Shown here in pieces: positions 1 through 8,599 of a DNA stretch of 33,551 nt. Under the pieces are notes generated by a model, which worked only from the letters and a program-made list of their open reading frames with translations, did not search any database and was not told where the DNA came from. The stretch is from positions 1 to 33,551 of IMG/VR virus record IMGVR_UViG_3300006875_000075, one strand, 5' to 3'. This stretch comes from a virus (Duplodnaviria > Caudoviricetes). Made by a program: the position numbers and the translations under genes. The first letter of the stretch is position 1. The number at the start of each line of letters is the position of its first letter.

Positions 1-1040
1 TTGAGAACCAGTAAATCCTTGAGTTCCTTGAGCACCTTGAGAACCTACAGCACCTTGAGAACCAGAACCAATAATACCTTGAGAACCAGTAAATCCTTGA
101 GTTCCTTGAGCACCTTGAGATCCTGTTGAACCTTGAGAACCAGAACCAATAATACCTTGAGAACCAGTAAATCCTTGAGTTCCTTGAGCACCTTGAGATC
201 CTGTTGAACCTTGAGAACCAGAACCAATAATACCTTGAGAACCCGCAAATCCTTGAGTTCCTGTTGCACCTTGAGCACCTATAGCACCTTGAGCACCTAT
301 AGCACCTTGAGATCCAGAGGCACCTTGAGATCCTGTTGAACCTTGAGAACCTACAGCACCTTGAGATCCTGTTGAACCTTGAGAACCTACAGCACCTTGA
401 GATCCTGTTGAACCTTGAGCACCTATAGCACCTTGAGATCCTGTTGCACCTTGAGAACCAACGGCACCTTGAGATCCTGTTGAACCTTGAGATCCAGAGG
501 CACCTTGAGAACCAACGGCACCTTGAGATCCTGTTGAACCTTGAGAACCAACGGCACCTTGAGCACCTATAGCACCTTGAGATCCAGAGGCACCTTGAGA
601 ACCAACGGCACCTTGAGATCCTGTTGAACCTTGAGAACCTACAGCACCTTGAGATCCTGTTGAACCTTGAGAACCTACAGCACCTTGAGATCCTGTTGAA
701 CCTTGAGAACCAGAACCAATAATACCTTGAGAACCAGTAAATCCTTGAGTTCCTTGAGCACCTTGAGAACCTACAGCACCTTGAGAACCAGAACCAATAA
801 TACCTTGAGAACCCGTAAATCCTTGAGCACCTGATGCTCCTTGAGAACCTTCTGCTCCTTGGGTACCAGCACCTGTAGATCCTTGAGAACCCGCAAATCC
901 TTGAGCACCTGATGCTCCTTGAGAACCTTCTGCTCCTTGGGTACCAGCACCTGTAGATCCTTGAGAACCCGCAAATCCTTGAGCTCCATCAGTTCCAACA
1001 TATCCACCAGGTCCTTGTGTTCCCTGAACACCCTGAAGAC
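1..1040. repeat. Coding tandem repeats: 9/18-bp Gly-X-Y units and higher-order 78-bp units
   Basis: Recurrent ccttgaga(a/t)cc. Exact 78-bp tandem copies start at 817 and 895; a different 78-bp period is seen at 83 and 161. Confidence 0.9.
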
Positions 1041-1104
1041 TACTAGATTCTCTTGTGACTTTAAAAGAAGGTGAATAACCTACGGTAACGTTATAATCCG
1101 TCAT
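1..1104 (-). CDS. Collagen-like (Gly-X-Y) fibre protein, 5' part, running off the left edge of the window
   Basis: Not in the ORF track because there is no stop in the window. ATG at 1104-1102 overlaps the TAA of the upstream gene (TAATG). Reads MTDYNVTVGYSPSFKVTRESSSLQGVQGTQGPGGYVGTDGAQGFAGSQGSTGAGTQ..., then continuous GSQ/GAQ/GST/GAV triplets, still in frame at base 1. Confidence 0.9.
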   Translation of the reverse strand, partial: MTDYNVTVGYSPSFKVTRESSSLQGVQGTQGPGGYVGTDGAQGFAGSQGSTGAGTQGAEGSQGASGAQGFAGSQGSTGAGTQGAEGSQGASGAQGFTGSQGIIGSGSQGAVGSQGAQGTQGFTGSQGIIGSGSQGSTGSQGAVGSQGSTGSQGAVGSQGSTGSQGAVGSQGASGSQGAIGAQGAVGSQGSTGSQGAVGSQGASGSQGSTGSQGAVGSQGATGSQGAIGAQGSTGSQGAVGSQGSTGSQGAVGSQGSTGSQGASGSQGAIGAQGAIGAQGATGTQGFAGSQGIIGSGSQGSTGSQGAQGTQGFTGSQGIIGSGSQGSTGSQGAQGTQGFTGSQGIIGSGSQGAVGSQGAQGTQGFTGSQ

Positions 1105-1439
1105 TATATTGTCTCAGTAGCGTTTACTAGCACCATTCCATCAACAACTTTAGTTTTTTTATTTGTAACCGATGATGCAATAATTACATCATAGTAATAT
1201 CTTCCTGCCTTTAAGTCAGCAGTAACTGTATTTGCAAGAGATACTACAACTTGTCCTGCATCAGACACAATTCCAACAGTGAATGGTGTAGAAGTTGCTG
1301 ATTCTGGAAACTTACGAATTTTTGCCACTCCAGTATAACCTGTTAGATCCAAGGGAGATCCATCGGGATTATTTACAGTAAAAACATCTAAATAATCTGT
1401 TCCTTGCTCTATAACAATATTAACTGCAGCAACTGCCAT
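1104..1439 (-). CDS. Conserved cyanophage virion protein (111 aa) of the type found beside fibre genes
   Basis: MAVAAVNIVIEQGTDY..F....DGSPLDLTGYTG.AKIRK...GRYYYDV pattern. CATAAATA late-type promoter at 1460-1467. Translationally coupled to the collagen gene. Confidence 0.75.
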   Translation of the reverse strand: MAVAAVNIVIEQGTDYLDVFTVNNPDGSPLDLTGYTGVAKIRKFPESATSTPFTVGIVSDAGQVVVSLANTVTADLKAGRYYYDVIIASSVTNKKTKVVDGMVLVNATETI

Positions 1440-1496
1440 TGTTTTTGGAAACTTTTAATTATTTATGATAGAATACATACTATAGAATAGAAAAAT

Positions 1497-1724
1497 ATGA
1501 GTGAGTTTCTTAAAAAAGGATGGTATTATCTTCCAGAAATTATAACTCCAGAAGAAGCAATACAAATCAAGTATAAGAATCTTTGTGGTGCGATGAATGA
1601 CCTTGGAAGTTTAGAAGGGCATTTTGACCCAGAAAGAGGAAGAGTATTGACTTGTTATGCTCCACCTTCTTGTGCTTTTGTGATGTTAACTGCAGGTACT
1701 GTCATTGGATTGGAGTATTTTTAA
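1497..1724 (+). pseudogene. Truncated 2OG-Fe(II) oxygenase-like gene, N-terminal part only
   Basis: The N-terminus (FLKKGWYYLPEII) resembles the YFDRHGYMIIKNL segment of the oxygenase at 5631-6401, but the ORF stops at 75 aa before any HxD...H motif. Its last codons are antisense to the start of another gene. It is the only plausible plus-strand gene. Confidence 0.6.
1655..1705 (-). pseudogene. N-terminal stub (MTVPAVNIT...) of a paralogue of the 1104-1439 gene
   Basis: ATG ACA GTA CCT GCA GTT AAC ATC ACA versus MAVAAVNIV. It has its own CATAAATA at 1726-1733 and terminates after 16 codons. Confidence 0.6.
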
Positions 1725-1728
1725 ATAT

Positions 1729-2523
1729 TTATGATTTTTTCCAAAATGTAAATTCTCTGTATTTTTCAATAACAGATTTTGGTAGATAATCCTCAGCAGA
1801 ATATTCTGTTTTTTTCAAATCTTTCTTAACTTTATGTAAATTTTTTCCAAACTCAGAATCATCATATTTTAATCCATTTAATTCTAAGTCATTTAGATTT
1901 TGAAATCTATGAGTATATTTACAAATACCCAAGAAATCATATATTTCATCTATTGTTTCTTGTGGATTATTAACTAAAGAATCATACTCTATAAAAGTAG
2001 AGTATTTTAAATTTTCTTCTTTAAATAAAGTAAATGCCGATAACATTGTTTTTGCAATTTGCCCATGTGGATTCATTAGATAATCACATTGATCTTCTAT
2101 GGTTTTATATTCTCTATCAATAAAATTATTTGGATTTTCTTTGGACCATTTAATAAAAGACGCTAAAATATCAGTAACATCTCTAAGTAGAACTATTATT
2201 TTTATCTTATTGGGGCAATACTTTTTCAAAAGAGTTAAATTATCTGGTGTTCCCCAAGAACCTCTATCAATAATGTATCTTTGGTTCCAATTTTTATAAT
2301 AACTTGGAATCAACTGACTCATCATTGATTCATAAGATTTTAAGTCACTAAAATTTTTATATCCTCTATCACAGTATTTAAAATTTTCAAAATTATACAA
2401 TATTTCTGGCAAAATACTATTTGCAGTTACTGCGATTTTCTTGTTCTGATTTAAAATAGATGCCAATAAAGTATTTCCTGACCTAGGCATCCCCGAAAGG
2501 AAATAATATTTTTTAACGGACAT
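1729..2523 (-). CDS. Sulfotransferase family protein
   Basis: N-terminal PAPS-binding loop SGMPRSGNTLLASILNQN, KIIVLLRD...ILAS motif and YDSLVNNPQETIDEIYDFLG motif. Confidence 0.85.
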   Translation of the reverse strand: MSVKKYYFLSGMPRSGNTLLASILNQNKKIAVTANSILPEILYNFENFKYCDRGYKNFSDLKSYESMMSQLIPSYYKNWNQRYIIDRGSWGTPDNLTLLKKYCPNKIKIIVLLRDVTDILASFIKWSKENPNNFIDREYKTIEDQCDYLMNPHGQIAKTMLSAFTLFKEENLKYSTFIEYDSLVNNPQETIDEIYDFLGICKYTHRFQNLNDLELNGLKYDDSEFGKNLHKVKKDLKKTEYSAEDYLPKSVIEKYREFTFWKKS

Positions 2524-2543
2524 AATATAAAAATTTAAAATTA

Positions 2544-2571
2544 ATTATAACAAAAAATAAAATTAGGTCAA
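2544..2571 (-). promoter_or_regulatory. Sigma70-like promoter for the sulfotransferase
   Basis: TTGACC-16 nt-TATAAT with an extended -10 (TGn). The region is AT-rich, so a chance match is possible. Confidence 0.55.
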
Positions 2572-2577
2572 TAGATA

Positions 2578-3603
2578 TTATATTAAAATTCTAACAATTA
2601 CTACACCGCTTCCTCCAGCTGTTGAGAGAGTGCCATTTGGATGTCCTCCTGCTCCACCTCCACCAAGACCAGAAATACCAATAGTTAAACCTCTAGGACT
2701 AGAAGCTACACTTCCACCACCACCATTTCCCCCTAATCCTTGATATCCAACTGTCCCCCCAGGTGCTGCATATTGTCCACCACCGCCACCACCTGCATAT
2801 TGGTTATTTGTTGGAGAATTTGCCACGGGAGCCAAAGTACTTAATCCAACTATAGGATATTCAAATCCTACAAATGGCTGTCCTGCACCACCATTACCCC
2901 CTCCAGCGGCAATAGTAGGAGCAAAAGTTCCTGCATTTGCTGCAGCTGCACCAGATCCTCCTCCACCTTGAGCACCATAACCACCTGTTGTGGGTTGATC
3001 TCCACCCTTAAAACCATAATTTGTTATTTGAGGAATTCCTGGATTTTGTGTTGGTTGTGTTGCAGTTCCTCCAGCAGCAGATCCTCCTCCACCGCCAGAT
3101 CCACCAGGAGCTCCTGGTCCAGTTCCACCTTGATAGAATCCGCCAGCACCACCACCCTTTGCTGTTACAATAGTACCATTGAAATTAATTGTAGTATCTG
3201 TTCCTTGTGTACCTGCCTGTGCTGCTGTTCCCACAGCAGCTCCGCCGCCACCTATAACTATAGGATAACTGCCTGCAATGATTGGAAAGGCGGAACCGTA
3301 GGCAACGCCACCACCACCGCCGCCACCACCATAATATGTTCCTCCTCCACCACCGCCGGCAACAACTAAGAAATCTATGACTTGATTGGTTGCAGTACCA
3401 GAAACTGATAATGTTCCGGAGGAAGTGAATGTATAGTACTTATATCCATTTCCAGGAATTGATTCTATACCCCCAGATACACTAAGTGGTATAAAAACGG
3501 TCCCACCACCTCCACGAATAAAAGTATTTCTACTATAACTTAATAAGTGGCCATCACTTATATTATTTTGCCCTCTATTTTTATTAGAACTTTTTGCACC
3601 CAT
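2578..3603 (-). CDS. Glycine-rich virion/adhesin-like protein (341 aa)
   Basis: GNGYKYYTFTSSG, DFLVVAGGGGGG, polyglycine runs and C-terminal GGSGVVIVR. Confidence 0.8.
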   Translation of the reverse strand: MGAKSSNKNRGQNNISDGHLLSYSRNTFIRGGGGTVFIPLSVSGGIESIPGNGYKYYTFTSSGTLSVSGTATNQVIDFLVVAGGGGGGTYYGGGGGGGGVAYGSAFPIIAGSYPIVIGGGGAAVGTAAQAGTQGTDTTINFNGTIVTAKGGGAGGFYQGGTGPGAPGGSGGGGGSAAGGTATQPTQNPGIPQITNYGFKGGDQPTTGGYGAQGGGGSGAAAANAGTFAPTIAAGGGNGGAGQPFVGFEYPIVGLSTLAPVANSPTNNQYAGGGGGGQYAAPGGTVGYQGLGGNGGGGSVASSPRGLTIGISGLGGGGAGGHPNGTLSTAGGSGVVIVRILI

Positions 3604-3616
3604 TTTAGATTACCTC

Positions 3617-4018
3617 TTAGATATCCGTATCACCAAGAATTTGATAATTAACTATAGTACCAATTCCAATTCCACCAGAACCTGATTGACTAACTTCCAC
3701 AACAATTTTTTCTTGATTAGTAAGAACTAGTGGATAGTTCATTTCAAAGAAGAATGTCTCGTTTGGTGCAAGATCAACTCTTGATAAACGATAGATAGTA
3801 ACACCGGCACCAGAAACTGCCTGACTACTTGGATAAACGTAGAGTGATGAGGTAGCAGTTGCAATTCCAGTGTTGTGCATTACTACACCACGAAGATAAG
3901 TGGTTGATGCAATACCAACACCTCCAGCAGTTTGAGTAGTTCCTACAGTAAAAATGCCAACAGTATTAATACCAGTGACTGCTTGAATACCCAATAATTT
4001 AGTTCTTCTGAGTGCCAT
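3617..4018 (-). CDS. Small beta-rich virion protein, putative connector (133 aa)
   Basis: ORF with GATAAATA at 4036-4043. Same position in its module and similar size as 10992-11369. Confidence 0.7.
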   Translation of the reverse strand: MALRRTKLLGIQAVTGINTVGIFTVGTTQTAGGVGIASTTYLRGVVMHNTGIATATSSLYVYPSSQAVSGAGVTIYRLSRVDLAPNETFFFEMNYPLVLTNQEKIVVEVSQSGSGGIGIGTIVNYQILGDTDI

Positions 4019-4038
4019 CTTACTTCTTTTCTAGTTAT

Positions 4039-5046
4039 TTATCCGAAAAGCATATTATCTAAATCACTATACCCCGCTGGAAGTCCAGATAGATTAGATC
4101 CAGATCCAACAAAACTTGTTGCAGTTACAACACCAGTTACATTAATTCCCGTTGAACGAACAGTAACTGCAGAACCTACTATTGCTGCAGTGGAAGTTAC
4201 AACACCAGTTACACTAACTCCTGTTGCATTAAATGTGTTTGAAGAACCAGTGATATCAAATTCTCTTGCTGTGATAATACCAACTCCAGCATTAATTCCC
4301 GTTGAACGAACAGTAACTGCAGAACCTACTATTGCTGCAGTGGAAGTTACAACACCAGTTGCATTAATGTTTGATGCGTTTGTTTGTCCAGTAAGTGTTG
4401 ATATTCCAGTTACATTAATATTGTCAAATTGCCCTGCCGTTGTAACAATTGTTGCAACATTATATGCAATAGACTCAATTTCATCATTTAAGTTTGCTGC
4501 ATCGGCAAGAACAAAAGTTGTGCCATTAGTAGCGGTAAAGTCACTACCAGATGTTAGTCTGACGCCATTACGATAAACTTCTAAATATCCTACAGTATAT
4601 GTTCCAGTAACAGTAAAATTAGTCTGTCCTGCAGTTGCGGTAAATGTACTTCTAGTATAAACATTACCATTATTTGCATAATCTACTGGAACTGCCGGAC
4701 CTAAAGAAACTGCAGAAAACGTAAGTCCAGATGCTGGTGCAGTTGTAAAGGTAATATTACTTCCAGAAATTGTATAATCATCAGATGGATCTTGAATAAC
4801 ACCACCAAGATTTACTATTACTGATTGTGAAGTTGGTGGAGAAATTGCAGATCCATTAGCAGTTAATGGAAAAGTTTGAGTACTACCATTAAAACTCGAA
4901 CTAATATCATCTATAATTTTAATATTAGAACTACTCGCCCCAGTAAAACTTTTCCATACCGTTCCATCCCACTCATAGGAAAACCCAGATGTTGAATCGG
5001 TATATATTTGTCCTACTGTAGGAGAGTTTGGAAAATTAAGTGCCAC
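4039..5046 (-). CDS. Tail-fibre-like structural protein (335 aa)
   Basis: MALNFPNSPTVGQ...YEWDGTVW, FTATAGQTNF, GVVTATSFVGSGSNLSG fibre repeats. AATAAATA at 5072-5079. Confidence 0.8.
   Translation of the reverse strand: MALNFPNSPTVGQIYTDSTSGFSYEWDGTVWKSFTGASSSNIKIIDDISSSFNGSTQTFPLTANGSAISPPTSQSVIVNLGGVIQDPSDDYTISGSNITFTTAPASGLTFSAVSLGPAVPVDYANNGNVYTRSTFTATAGQTNFTVTGTYTVGYLEVYRNGVRLTSGSDFTATNGTTFVLADAANLNDEIESIAYNVATIVTTAGQFDNINVTGISTLTGQTNASNINATGVVTSTAAIVGSAVTVRSTGINAGVGIITAREFDITGSSNTFNATGVSVTGVVTSTAAIVGSAVTVRSTGINVTGVVTATSFVGSGSNLSGLPAGYSDLDNMLFG
4140..4360. repeat. Exact 71-bp intragenic direct repeat (4140-4210 and 4290-4360)
   Basis: cattaattcccgttgaacgaacagtaactgcagaacctactattgctgcagtggaagttacaacaccagtt occurs twice, 150 bp apart and in frame. 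Confidence 0.9.
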
Positions 5047-5082
5047 TTCTTCTCTATTATCTCTATAGTTTTATTTATTGAC

Positions 5083-5634
5083 TTATTTTAGTGACTGATG
5101 ATCTGGAGTCTCTGGAAGTAAATCAAAAGATAATATAGAACGTCTTTTTCTTGTTTGATTTGGATAAACAAAGTGTAAAGTATAACTAGGGAACAAGATC
5201 ATTGTTCCCTCTTTAACATTTTGTGGAAAAACTAAAGATGTTGTGTCTGTTCTTGGATCTTGCCAAGGAGCAACAAAACAAGTAGGACTATGCACTATTG
5301 GATCATACTCCAAATATATAATCCCACTAAATCCCCAAGAACGGTGATTATGAATTGTTTGTTGATCTCCTTTATAGTATCTTACACACCAGGCATCAGT
5401 CATTCTACAAGTAACTTCAGCTTCTTGACAGAATTCATTTAACTCAGGTTTTAATATGTCCTGAAGGTAATGAATATATGAATGATTGTCTTTTTGACGA
5501 TCAGTTTCAAATGTTTGAAGTGAAGTTCTTATAAAATTTTTATCTTTAATTTTACCCAAAATTGCTTTCTTTTTAAAGTCCCAATCCGTTAATTGATATT
5601 GATATGTGGGATATTCAAAAAGTGGTATTTTCAT
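5083..5634 (-). CDS. Putative 2OG-Fe(II) oxygenase
   Basis: HNH...FSGIIYL...EGTMILFPSYTLHFVYPN...RSILSFD: HxH...H triad plus distal Arg. Confidence 0.8.
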   Translation of the reverse strand: MKIPLFEYPTYQYQLTDWDFKKKAILGKIKDKNFIRTSLQTFETDRQKDNHSYIHYLQDILKPELNEFCQEAEVTCRMTDAWCVRYYKGDQQTIHNHRSWGFSGIIYLEYDPIVHSPTCFVAPWQDPRTDTTSLVFPQNVKEGTMILFPSYTLHFVYPNQTRKRRSILSFDLLPETPDHQSLK

Positions 5635-6401
5635 CGCGCAGCATCATTTGCACAGTGAGCTCTTGGTCCATTTGCTCTTACATAATGGAAGAAAATTTGG
5701 TGATGATATGTATCATCTGGTTTTCTAAGAACTTTGTTTAGAATTTTACCAAATTTAGTGTATCTAGATTCTAGTGGATCTCTCCAGTGTTGCCTCTCAC
5801 ATCCTTTATAAAGAAGTCCCCAACCATCTTCAAGATTTGCAAAACGCTCTTCACCACTTGGAGTTTCAATACAGAAAGGCCAAGGTTTATCTGCATTAGT
5901 GCTAATTTGAACACTTACAGAAACCTCACAAGCATCACGATCCGAATGCCTTACAAGTCTTTGCCCAGCGAAATAAAAACGATCATAATAATAAGTATTA
6001 TAAAGTTTTTCACCAAGAATATCTTCAAGAATTAAACGAATCTTTGTATGCGCTTCTTTATATTGTGGGTGAGTGTAGCGTGCAAGTGAACCTGGAACTT
6101 GCATTTCATCTGGATTATGGTTAAATCTATCTACAGATCCAAAATAATTAAGTTGACCTCTTTCTTTTGGGACTTCATGAAATAATTCTTTCGGATCATA
6201 TAGATTTTTGATAATCATATATCCATGACGATCAAAGTATTCGCGAGCACCAAGAGGAACAGCAGGAGCACCAGGATCAATTGAACATTGAAGTCCTTGC
6301 TGATGATACTTATTAAACTGTTCCATAATTGGTTTGGACTCTACCATTTCTTTGGTAGCACCAATTGGTCTATTTGGATTGAAATCACATCCGACGTTCA
6401 T
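5631..6401 (-). CDS. 2OG-Fe(II) oxygenase
   Basis: RHSDRDACEVSVSVQI (HxD), GLLYKGCERQHWR, QIFFHYV. Confidence 0.85.
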   Translation of the reverse strand: MNVGCDFNPNRPIGATKEMVESKPIMEQFNKYHQQGLQCSIDPGAPAVPLGAREYFDRHGYMIIKNLYDPKELFHEVPKERGQLNYFGSVDRFNHNPDEMQVPGSLARYTHPQYKEAHTKIRLILEDILGEKLYNTYYYDRFYFAGQRLVRHSDRDACEVSVSVQISTNADKPWPFCIETPSGEERFANLEDGWGLLYKGCERQHWRDPLESRYTKFGKILNKVLRKPDDTYHHQIFFHYVRANGPRAHCANDAAR

Positions 6402-6404
6402 TTT

Positions 6405-7070
6405 TTATACCTCTTTCTGTTGCTGACGCTTATTTTCCCACCAAAGTTTTCTTGCCTCTTTCATTTTCATAAGTGTTTCCTCACTATGTTTTTTTCCAAA
6501 ATTTGGATTTTTTTCCCCTTTGTTATTTTCTCTAAACTTTTCTTTTGACTCTTCACTATGTTTTCTACCAATCCAAGGATGTGGTTGATTTTTCCAAGTT
6601 TCTTTTATTCCTTTCTTTATAAGTTCTTTTGTTTCTTGTGAATGTGTTTTACCATGAAATGGATTGTTTTCTCCTTTATAAGATCTACGATTTTTTACAT
6701 ATCCGTTATTTTCTATTTGATATTGACTAATAATTTTTTTTGTTTCCTCAGAGTGTAACTTTCCATAAAATGGATTTTCCTCACCAAATTTTTTTTCTGC
6801 ATAATAAAATCCACTTGTTTTTTGTCTTGCTTTATTTGCAAAATGTGGGTTTTTATCTACTTGATAAAATTTATGAAGATCTACTTCTGCTTGGAGTGCT
6901 TCTTCTCTTGTAGAAAAAGTTTCAAGAATTATTTTATCTGTTGGATTAAAAGTTTGGTCGGTATAAGAACCAAGATAATTATCATCTTCTGGGAGACAAT
7001 CGCAGGTTCTAGAACCTATATAACCTCTCCCAAATTCTTCATAAGAATAATAAACATAATGATTTTCCAT
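6405..7070 (-). CDS. Free-standing GIY-YIG homing endonuclease (Seg-like) with NUMOD3-type repeats
   Basis: YVY...GYIGSR, EALQAE and NKA catalytic-domain motifs; repeated NPFYGKxHSEETK. Confidence 0.88.
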   Translation of the reverse strand: MENHYVYYSYEEFGRGYIGSRTCDCLPEDDNYLGSYTDQTFNPTDKIILETFSTREEALQAEVDLHKFYQVDKNPHFANKARQKTSGFYYAEKKFGEENPFYGKLHSEETKKIISQYQIENNGYVKNRRSYKGENNPFHGKTHSQETKELIKKGIKETWKNQPHPWIGRKHSEESKEKFRENNKGEKNPNFGKKHSEETLMKMKEARKLWWENKRQQQKEV

Positions 7071-7086
7071 AACATTATTGGTTATC

Positions 7087-7113
7087 GGTGGAAGTATTTA
7101 TATTACTTCCACC
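7087..7113 (-). promoter_or_regulatory. Late promoter TATAAATA (7095-7102) inside a perfect 10-bp inverted repeat
   Basis: GGTGGAAGTA-ATATAAA-TACTTCCACC on the minus strand. Confidence 0.8.
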
Positions 7114-7119
7114 TAGGTT

Positions 7120-7740
7120 CTATTTCCATCTTGAACCGCACACCCAGCCAACCAAACTCTTACGAACTCCTTTAGTTACTTTAAGAACTCTATGTTGTGT
7201 GCGGGAATCAAAAAGAATAACCGTACCGCGCTTTCTTGGGGCAAAATATGAGTTGCCAGATTCATCAAGGAGTTGAAGGTTGCCACCTTCATAATCATCA
7301 GGATCAGAAAGTTGAACAACAAACGAAAGCTTTCTTACCATCTCAATTTTTTCATTGAGAAAATCTTGAGCAAGACCGTCTTGGCGATTACCAACACTTA
7401 CTGGTTTATATTGTGTTGCAAGTCCAGCATCATTATGCCATCCATAAAACTGACCTTCACTGTATTTTGTAAACTGCATTGATTCTCCGTCAATGCAGCG
7501 AAGATCATATAAGAAGTTTTCTCTATTTGCTCTTTCAATATAATGCCAAACAAATCCACCTACCCAATGTGTAGTGGGAATCCAGGCATTTTGTGAGTTT
7601 CTTTTTTCTTTGTTTAGAGCATCTCCATGAAGTCTGGAGTCTGCCATTTGCTGATCAAACTTTTCAGTTAAATCTCTTTCGATAATGTCTACTACATCTT
7701 CTGGTAGGTCACTAAAGTACCAAATTGATTGAAATGCCAT
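7120..7740 (-). CDS. 2OG-Fe(II) oxygenase, prolyl-4-hydroxylase-like
   Basis: YGWHND, RKLSFVVQLSDPDDYEGG, FDSRTQHRV..VTKGVRKSLVGW. Confidence 0.9.
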   Translation of the reverse strand: MAFQSIWYFSDLPEDVVDIIERDLTEKFDQQMADSRLHGDALNKEKRNSQNAWIPTTHWVGGFVWHYIERANRENFLYDLRCIDGESMQFTKYSEGQFYGWHNDAGLATQYKPVSVGNRQDGLAQDFLNEKIEMVRKLSFVVQLSDPDDYEGGNLQLLDESGNSYFAPRKRGTVILFDSRTQHRVLKVTKGVRKSLVGWVCGSRWK

Positions 7741-7763
7741 ATGTGAATAATATATTCAGGTTT

Positions 7764-7792
7764 ATTATATATGATATTTTCAGAAATGTCTA
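7764..7792 (-). promoter_or_regulatory. Sigma70-like promoter for the oxygenase cluster
   Basis: TAGACA-17 nt-TATAAT. Confidence 0.6.
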
Positions 7793-8596
7793 TGATAATG
7801 GCCAAGCATAAGTTCCGCTGTATACACCATAAGTTGAATTAGAATAATTTGTCAATGAATATGTTGTAGCATTGATAGTTGCCCCATTTACATTATTTGT
7901 AGATGTACCAGGAAGACTAAATGGACTAGATGAAGTTAACGCAGTGTTTTGGACTATTGTGCTTGTTCCTCCACTATATGATGCAAGCCAACTGGAAGCA
8001 ACGAATAGACTATTATAAGTTTTTCCTGCCGCAGTTGTGCTATTATCATAAACATAAGACATATAACCGTTGGCATTTAACTCTTCAAAAACGCAGTTAT
8101 AAGCTTGTCCATTAGTTGCACCAGCATACTCACTCCAAATGGCCGTATTGTAATCTGTGGTTCTTCCGTCATTATTTCTTTTGAAGGTAAAACCATATAA
8201 TTTAATATTTGTATTATTAATTGCTAAAATATGATTATCCCTTAGTCCCAGATTACTAGCTTCTGTCCATATTACTCTTCCAGGAGCAGCAATGTAACTT
8301 AATACTTTAGTAGTATACACCATCGCATCAGCTCCACCACCTATATTATAATTAACTTCACTATAAGTTCCTGGATATACAATAATTGCAGAGCTTGGTA
8401 ATGCCTGAGATTCTGCGTATTTAATTGTTAACCAAGGATTATTTAATGAACCATTTCCAGTAGAATCGCTTCCAGTTTTTGCAACATAATATTTTGTAGA
8501 AAACGAATCTATTAATGATTGATATGCTGGAGGAAACGCTAATCCAGAATTTGAAGCACTAAACCCAAATTTTGACCCAGTAAAAATTGGAGACAT
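7790..8596 (-). CDS. Putative parallel beta-helix (pectin-lyase-like) tip protein (268 aa)
   Basis: YYVAKTGSDSTGNGSLNNPWLTI..A.......IIVYPGTYSE motif, typical of beta-helix N-termini. Confidence 0.7.
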   Translation of the reverse strand: MSPIFTGSKFGFSASNSGLAFPPAYQSLIDSFSTKYYVAKTGSDSTGNGSLNNPWLTIKYAESQALPSSAIIVYPGTYSEVNYNIGGGADAMVYTTKVLSYIAAPGRVIWTEASNLGLRDNHILAINNTNIKLYGFTFKRNNDGRTTDYNTAIWSEYAGATNGQAYNCVFEELNANGYMSYVYDNSTTAAGKTYNSLFVASSWLASYSGGTSTIVQNTALTSSSPFSLPGTSTNNVNGATINATTYSLTNYSNSTYGVYSGTYAWPLS

Positions 8597-8599
8597 AAT

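Noticed and set aside
45-1031. ORF-track Leu/Val/Lys-rich ORFs 45-278 and 771-1031
   Set aside because: They are shifted-frame shadows of the collagen repeat.
1-1040. CRISPR-like or other non-coding repeat array
   Set aside because: The repeats have 9/18/78-bp periods with no unique spacers and translate as an uninterrupted Gly-X-Y frame.
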